A stretch of 64,000 nucleotides of DNA, taken from Owenia fusiformis (lineage: Eukaryota). The notes under the pieces are model-generated. The model saw nothing but the letters and a program-made list of their open reading frames with translations. It was not told the origin of the DNA and did no database searches. Location of the stretch: positions 28,954,001 through 29,018,000 of the forward strand of contig CAIIXF020000001.1 in NCBI GenBank assembly GCA_903813345.2, read 5' to 3'. The stretch's first letter is position 1. Each line of letters opens with the position of its first letter. Position numbers and translations under genes: made by a program. Below, piece by piece: positions 56,256-64,000 of this stretch.

Positions 56256-57065
56256 TACCCTACTATCACACCAAACTAGTTCTCACTACGTTCTCAAAAA
56301 CGGGCTTCAACTGTGTACGAACGGACTGGACCTCCTAAGAACCGTTTGGGATCTATTTACAAACCATCGAACGTACTCGAACGGGTAGGTCCTCTAGAAC
56401 TTAGACAATGCTCAAAATGTTCTCGTGGTCGTCACGTTCTACAATTAGAACGAGTGACAACGTACTAACGACGAGCTGGACGTACTACGAACGGAACCGT
56501 CGTACTTCAATCCTACTAGGGACGTTTTAACAACGAGTTGAACTGTCTGAGGACGTGTTGAGAACGAGGTAGAACTAATTGCAAACGGGTTTAAACTGAT
56601 TAAGAACGTATTTAACATTGCTTATGAACGAGTTAGCAAAAATATAGCTATCACACCAAACAAGTTGCCACTGCGTTCTTCAAAACTGGTTTGAAACTGT
56701 GTGCGAACGGAATGAACGTAGCTGAAACTTTCTAAGGTCTATTTACGAACTTTATGAACGTTCTCAGACGGGAATGTGATTTTAGAATTTTGAATCGATC
56801 CAAAATTCGATGGCGACCATACCGTTCTGTAATCGGGTCATGTTGACCTTCTAGACTAAGGGACACGTTCTACGACGTTGCACACCGACGTGGTGCGACC
56901 TGAACGAACTGCGAACGAGATGGACGTAATGAAGACTGTTTAAGAACGAAGAAGCTAATTATTTCAGACATATTTCCCGACCACAGCCAGATTGAGCCCG
57001 TTTTATGACGTTTTCGTAGGACTGGCAAGAACGGGCAAGAACTAGTTTGGTGTGATAGGGAGGTT
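56256..57065. mobile_element. MITE
   Basis: TIR core CTATCACACCAAACTAGTTCT; exact ends uncertain. Confidence 0.7.
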
Positions 57066-60000
57066 ATATAGGCAAAATAAAATGAATCATTTTGAAACAG
57101 ATAAAATAAGTTTACGCATAGTACTTTAAGAATAAAACAGTATACATATTACGTTGTCAAAATATTTCGTCGCATTTAATTTCTTAGTCTCTGTATTTTA
57201 TCAAATCGTAAAGGAACAAAACATTCTTAACTTAATCACTTGGGATCAACTGGAAACGAAGGCGGGCTGTCCTCGTATCAAAATGGATGTTCTCCCATTC
57301 GCAAGAAGTTTCATTTTCGCCATGTACTCACTTCATCCTTTTAATTTAATCTCTATTTCTCGAACAGAGTACGTAAATGAAGAATAAGTTTTGGTTTCAA
57401 AAGATGTACATGTCAACTTTACTAAATAAATGCCCACTGGCTTGGGAAAGCTATTTTTCTTTTTATGAACGCTCATCACCCATTGGAAAAATGTTGTTCC
57501 CTCTCAAAAAAGGCCCATGGGCCATAAAGAAAATTGGTTTAAAAATTGTAGACCCCTATCTATGTATGTTGTGTAAACGCCATTTTACAATGAGAATAAC
57601 ATAATTTAACTTTGTTTGTTTGAACATCTATATCACCTGTATATGAACTTTCGTAGACTAAACATTAAACAATTAACGTCTTGACTTAGCATAATTAGCC
57701 TAATTTTGCAATGATGTCAACGTTATTCCAATGTTATGTTGTGATTCGCAGAGGTTGCGACAACGAGATTCGTTTAAAAAATGTATTTTTCAAATAAGAT
57801 CCTCTAATTTTCGGAGAACTGGGTTTCGGACAACTGGGTTTCGGAAAACTGGGTTTCGGAGAACTGGGTTTCGGACAACTGGGTTGACCCCGCCGGTATC
57901 GGCACCCCTTATTTAGAGGTAGTTTTCCGCTTTTTTAACAGTTTTTGCAATTAAAACATAATTATTATCAATATTGCAGTTTTAAATGTATATGTTGTAC
58001 CTAAAATACTGTAATATCCCAGATGCGAGTAGAAATAATCTTGATTTACGTCATTAAAAATTCACAATTCAGTCAAACTGATGTCATATTTCGAATCTAC
58101 ATGTAAAATTATATTTAGAAATGTGGTTTTGAAAAGAGTTTATCAACTTTGAAAATTAAATTTTCTTTGAAAATGTGACTTCTAGGTCGGGGAGATTCCC
58201 CATAGACCCCATGTTGTAAAACCACAAAAAGTGAAATATCTTTTCTTGTGTTGGGCAGATAATATTTTCTTTTACTGGACATATTTTAATTTGTATAACT
58301 ATCAGATACATAAGGGCAATATGACAAGTGAACCACTAAAACTGATGCATATTCAAGTTTAAGGGAATTTTGTAATACCCTGCCGTGTTAATTCCCCCGA
58401 ACCAGCCACCTGGTGGCGAAACTGGTAACTACCTACTCGCATCTGAGTAATTGAGACTAAAAATGGCGGCTATTTTAAAAATCGGCTTTCGAGCAGAACT
58501 TGTACTCACATGGGGCATATACATATCAAATATAAGCGATATTGGGCTGACAGTATTTGAGTAATTGCCCAGATGGACAGAGAGAGCCATTCTCTCCTGG
58601 TGAATCATAGGAGGGTGGGAGGTGAAAAAAATAAACAAATCAAAAGAGAAACTTTATTTATTTCATTATATTCATATATTTTTCAATTGTAAAAATACCA
58701 TGACACATACAAAAAATAGTGACTGATAAAATGACACCTACGGAGTTCATAAATTTATCATGTGACCATTTTCTATAAATACATGTATGGCTATATACAG
58801 ACTGACAGAATAAGAGATCACTCTTGTTGATATTCAGATATTACATATCAACTCATCAATAAATATGATATCACTCAAAGTGATCCGATATTGGGTTTAT
58901 CCCATGATTACAATCAAAATTAAGGCAATAGCCTTTTGATTTGAGTTATGGAGAAGGCCTACTCTATTATTGCAAATTTTAATCATATAAGCTGATTTAT
59001 AAAAACGAACATCAGCATGATAGAAAAAAAACAACAAAAAGATATGATTGGTAAAGTACAGTGCACCTTTTTTTCTTAACAGAGGGTACATATTTTTTCA
59101 ATTCAATTCAATTCATTTATTACTTCTAATATATATATTTTACATAATTAGACATAGTAAGTGGCATCATTTTCAGATGCTTATACCCACACATACGAGA
59201 ACAGAATACGGTGTACAAAAATTATCATATGAACCAAGGACGTCCTTGTATGAACTGACTTGAATAATTATCAGAAGTTGCTATATCAAAGTTATATTTT
59301 ATATATAAAATGCCATATTTTCCAAAATATTTTCGATATAATCAACATAACAAATCATTTCTTAACCAATTACTGCAATGTGGTAGAGATTATACATGTG
59401 ATTTATAACAATTTCTTGCAAACTCTGATGATGGAATTACATTTGTTTCGAAAAATCAGTAAGTAGGTGGATGAGGCTGAACAAATATGAATATATTCAT
59501 TTAGATATAATATACACTATTTTTAACAATGACACTCTAAAACTATATCAGGTGCCGCCTATACAAAATCATATTAGTTACATGTACATGATGTATCAAG
59601 ACTAATTGCACGCTGAAGTTACTAAACTATAAAATGTATTTGCATTGACAGTTAAAACATAGTCTGTACATTTCTCAATAATTATTTGCAGTAAAACCAA
59701 AACAATGATAATTTCTAACAAGTATTGTACTAGTCCTTTCATTTGATATGACAATTAGGTAAAATACAAAAACGTGAATACATATTTCATGGGAAAATAT
59801 AAAACTTCAAGTTTTATTCTGTCTATCAGATAAGTTTATAGACAATTATAAGATGTACATGATTTAATAATTGAACATAGCAACTCAACGGAGAAGCAAG
59901 TCCCACTAAACAGAACTTATTTCATCAAACTACTCATAATTTTATTCATTTCATAATGGTAACATGCGCAAATTTTTATTTCATGAAAAATAAAGATGAT

Positions 60001-60387
60001 TACCAGTTTACTACAATTTATCATTTTTCTATAAATGAGGTAACCATACCGGTATTTATTATTTGGGAGAATTGATAATTTTTCTCCATTTTTACACTTA
60101 CATCTTAAATAATTTCACCAATTATAATAATTACATATCACAGATATTTTGGGAGATATTATATTTGAGATCATAATGAACCCATAGCTAGGTCAATTTT
60201 ACACGTTGCTTGCAATTTTATCACCCACTATAAATTTGAGTTTTCCTTTAAGTATACCATAGGACATCCACTGGTAACTGAAGACTACAGAAAATTGCAT
60301 CCATCTTTGACAAAAAAATATATTTTTAATACACATATTCAAAGGATTATATCACAGCTTTACGCATTTGTTTACTACTTCATACTT

Positions 60388-63300
60388 TCATATGTTAATG
60401 ACACACTCAATGACCAACTTTGTAGGACTTTCACTTGAGCCAGCACTAGTCTCTAGAGAAGACTGAATCCCACTTCCACTCGTTCCAGAACTATTTCCAG
60501 AGTTTCCTTTTCCAAATTTTGAATAGTGCTTTACTGGCTGACTAGATGGGTTGCTTGATAAATTACTTGACAGCTGGCTCTCTTCATTTAAGCCAAGTTC
60601 ATTGCTAACCTCTGGAGATATATAGCTACTTCTTGATACCTTTCCCTCATTTTTCATCATACAGTTATCTCTGGGCACTTGGGTTAGTGATGCACTAGAT
60701 GTCACAGACAGGACAGATGACCCCGGCTCTGTTTCACATGAAATTACACTCTCAGCTTCAGGAACTGTTTTGAGACTATGGCTAAAGCCAATATTCAAAG
60801 GAGGTTCACCATTTGCCACAATCCCACTGTCTTCGCTGGATTGTATTTTAACAAAGCCCACCTATGAACAGAAACCATTTATTATTATATGTTATGAGAT
60901 GGTCATTATTGATGACACCCAATATAGTCAATGATTTTTCTGATCACTGTTAAAAGATCCAAAATGGGAAGCCGTGTGCAGCTTTAAATTCAAGGTATAA
61001 GAATTTAGGTTTTTGTTACTGATTCTAATATGATAAACAAAGGAAGTGCATAATCAATTAAGAAGTCATATATAGGCCTATCCATTGATAGACACTTCAA
61101 GACTAAAACATGAATCTATAATAGATAATAATAACCATTATATATATAGAGAGAGAAATAAATAGAAGCCATTGGTGGTTTTTATCATGCTAGAATAGCA
61201 TTATATAATACAACACTTTATTTCTTGATTTACCAAATATTTCTACTTGGATTAATGTTAAACTATTGCCATGCAATTCTTGTGAATAATTGTGAACACA
61301 CTTACAGATAAAGGTCAATAGAAAAATCAAGGCAAACAATTGTAATAGACTGGGTAATTTCTAGACTATTTGCCAGTTTATATAACACAACATAGAACTT
61401 CAATATCTAAATCTGAATACCAGAGCCAGACTTATGTAAATGTATTCAATATCTTTTATACATACAGGGGATAAAAAGTCCTCAGTCTGTCCACTACTAA
61501 TATTCTCTTGACAGAAAGGTGTCCCACTGTTGGTAGATTCTGGATCAGTGTATCCATCTTGAGGTTGTCTACCTGAACCCCCGAAATGCTACAATAAACC
61601 ACAATGTTATAATACATTTTATTTGTACCATATTTTATCTAATAATACATTCATACCAAATTCCTGATAAAATCACCTGCTGTATAAGGTTTTTGGTTAA
61701 TAGTTTTAGAAAAATGATATCATATAATTTGAAACTTGTTGGCAGTATATCAATCAATATCAACTATATCAGCATGATTGAGTGGGGCCTTCTTGATCAG
61801 TGATCATAAGCCTATAAACTATTTTCTATTTGAAGATAATCAAAGTTAGTAAAGAGGCATTCATGTTTTAGCAAAAAAATCATTAAAAAATCATCAGGTT
61901 GGAAAAATCTCTTGTTTTTCCCCTACATTTTCTACAATTAAAGTAAAAATTTCAATGGCCATTTTGAATTTGGATCCTCTTAGACAGACACTGTTAACCT
62001 CATAAAGCAGGTTTATCTTAACTGTGACTCAAATTGGTGGAGAGTCTTTTATTTCATCCAAGAAATAAGTTGTTTTTTGAGTAGTGAAAACACATTCTGG
62101 AACAAATGTTCTTTCATACACCAAAAAATTAATCAAAGCATTAACATGACAAAATGTCACACCTAGTTGCTCACAATATCATTAGTTCAATCTTAAGTCA
62201 GATTTGACTTAGTCAGATTTGAACTTCTGAAAACTTAATTAAGATTTTGAAAAAAATTGATGTCAGTCTCAACAGTATTTGTTAAGCAATTGGAAGTTCT
62301 AAGAATTTGTTACAAATGCTAACCGCCACCTGCCGATCACCAACTGCCGCCACAAAAAAAACAGAGACCATAACAATTCATTATGTCACCACCAAAAAAT
62401 GGTGACATACCATTTTTTGGTGGTGACATAATGAAACTGGACTGATATAAATATCACAAGCAGTAACACACAAATCTATGATTTTCAAGTTGAGCTATGA
62501 ATGAATTTTGGTTGGCTAGCTATGAATCATTTGGAATTTAGAAATAGTAGATAATAGACAAGGAATAACATAAGCAGAAGAATGATTTTTTAAAAAGTTA
62601 CATAAAATTGAACTTACTGTAGTATCAGCATCTATACTTTCAAACATTACAATTGGCACAGTAATTTGTTGTGTTGCAGATTTCTTAAACCAGTTAATTC
62701 CTTCTTTTCCATGTCTGAAATTAAATAAAAAGGAAATGTAATGAGATTTTGATTTGTCGAACTTGATGATATAATGAAAAAAATGACATTGAGATTTCTA
62801 CAAATCTGATTGCCTTGTGGCATAAATATATCTTGTATTGATTTTAGGATTCTTATTGCTCTCCAATGTCACTGTATCACACACTTTGATGTCAGACCTT
62901 TTCTGCTAAAAAAAATTTAAAGATTTCACATAAAAAGTATGACACCTTATGAAATACTGACTTTCTGGGGCGCAATATTTTATGTATTTGAATCATTGAA
63001 TAATCAAATATAAAATAATATTAAATATACTTACTTCAAACAGACACGTAGGCCTATTCCGGCTAATAGGACTACAAAAACGGAAACAGCTGCAATTAGT
63101 CCCCAATGCCAGGGTCTCAGTCCTACAAAAATAAGAAATAGTAATTGACAACAAAAAATCCACATGACACATCAATATCTGCATGTGCACTGCACACTTG
63201 CAGATACTGATATCAATCCATGAATAAAAAGGCATTAACGCGCAAAATAACACCACCTAGTTGGTCACAATATTGTGAGTTTAAATCTGAAGTCAGATTT

Positions 63301-63947
63301 GAACTTCTAAGAACTTAAATGATTTAAAAAAATAAAAAGATCAATTTGAAGCAAGTTGAAAAATAACTTTTTGACCTTTTATGACAGATTTGAATTTCTA
63401 AGATTTTGTAAATGATTTAAAAAAAGATTAATTCAGATTTGAACTTCTTAAAACTTGTAGATGATTTTGAAAAAAATGAAGTCAGTCTAATCAGTACTTG
63501 TTAAGTTATTGGAAGTTGTAATAATTTGTTACAGACACTGACAATATGTCAACACTTTTGGTGATAACATAATGGTGTTACATTACTATCAATTCATGAA
63601 TAGAATGATATTATAATATCAATTCCTGAATAATGATATTAATGTCAACTCATGAATAAACAAGGCATTATGATGCCAAATGTCACCACCTATCATTTGT
63701 TACAGACACAAACGCCAAACACCAACAACCAAACACCATCCACCAAATGTATGGTTAAACACAATGTGTGAATATGATTTAAAAGAAATATTACCTGTGA
63801 ATCTTGAAGTGGCAATCACACATTTACTTTGATAACTCTGATGACCTCCCTCAGAGTATGATGACATCTCAACACAATATTTACCCTCTGGTACTCCTGG
63901 TATTGTTACCCGGAGTTTGTTTGCTCCGGTAACAATATGTACTTTGA
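60388..63947 (-). CDS. Tandem paralog (copy 2) of the cytokine receptor, 3' five exons; gene continues beyond window end
   Basis: Exons 63795-63947 (FN3), 63035-63122 (TM GLRPWHWGLIAAVSVFVVLLAGIGLRVCLK), 62618-62714, 61466-61588, 60388-60861; same splice phases as copy 1, only frame-preserving indels, no internal stops seen. Confidence 0.85.
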
Positions 63948-64000
63948 CTGAAAAAGGAAATGTGCTAGGTATTACTTGTAAGCTTCCTCTAGGAATCGCT

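Larger units (their letters stand above)
55475..57892. mobile_element. TIR element with 15-bp subterminal tandem repeats
   Basis: CGGG..(CCCAGTTNTCCGAAA)n ... (TTTCGGANAACTGGG)n..CCCG; no TSD seen. Confidence 0.7.

Noticed and set aside
60100-64000. Copy 2 as an assembly artefact (uncollapsed haplotype)
   Set aside because: TM and cytoplasmic exons and introns are too diverged, with different insertions, for typical alleles; not formally excluded without read depth.

Overview
AT-rich eukaryotic (invertebrate-type, lophotrochozoan-looking; inference) genomic DNA. The minus strand carries a complete multi-exon class I cytokine receptor of the gp130/IL6ST-Domeless type. I assembled it by hand from GT-AG sites with consistent phases: ATG 36415 to stop 826, 16 coding-exon slots, about 920/924 aa. 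The architecture is signal peptide, Ig-like domain, cytokine-binding module, three more FN3 domains, TM and cytoplasmic tail. The 3' five exons of a tandem paralog follow at 60388-63947. The most striking feature is two adjacent homologous exons (30493-30671 and 30241-30431) encoding the same half of the ligand-binding domain. Their splice phases allow exactly one to be included, i.e. candidate mutually exclusive exons, and they are surrounded by possible decayed further copies. The two paralogs also differ in cytoplasmic tyrosine motifs. An intact, very young Ty3/Gypsy LTR retrotransposon (11748-21117; identical-looking LTRs, -1 frameshift signal) sits antisense in one intron. The rest is densely packed with nested non-autonomous DNA transposons, LINE remnants, Helentron/HINE-like repeats and minisatellites.
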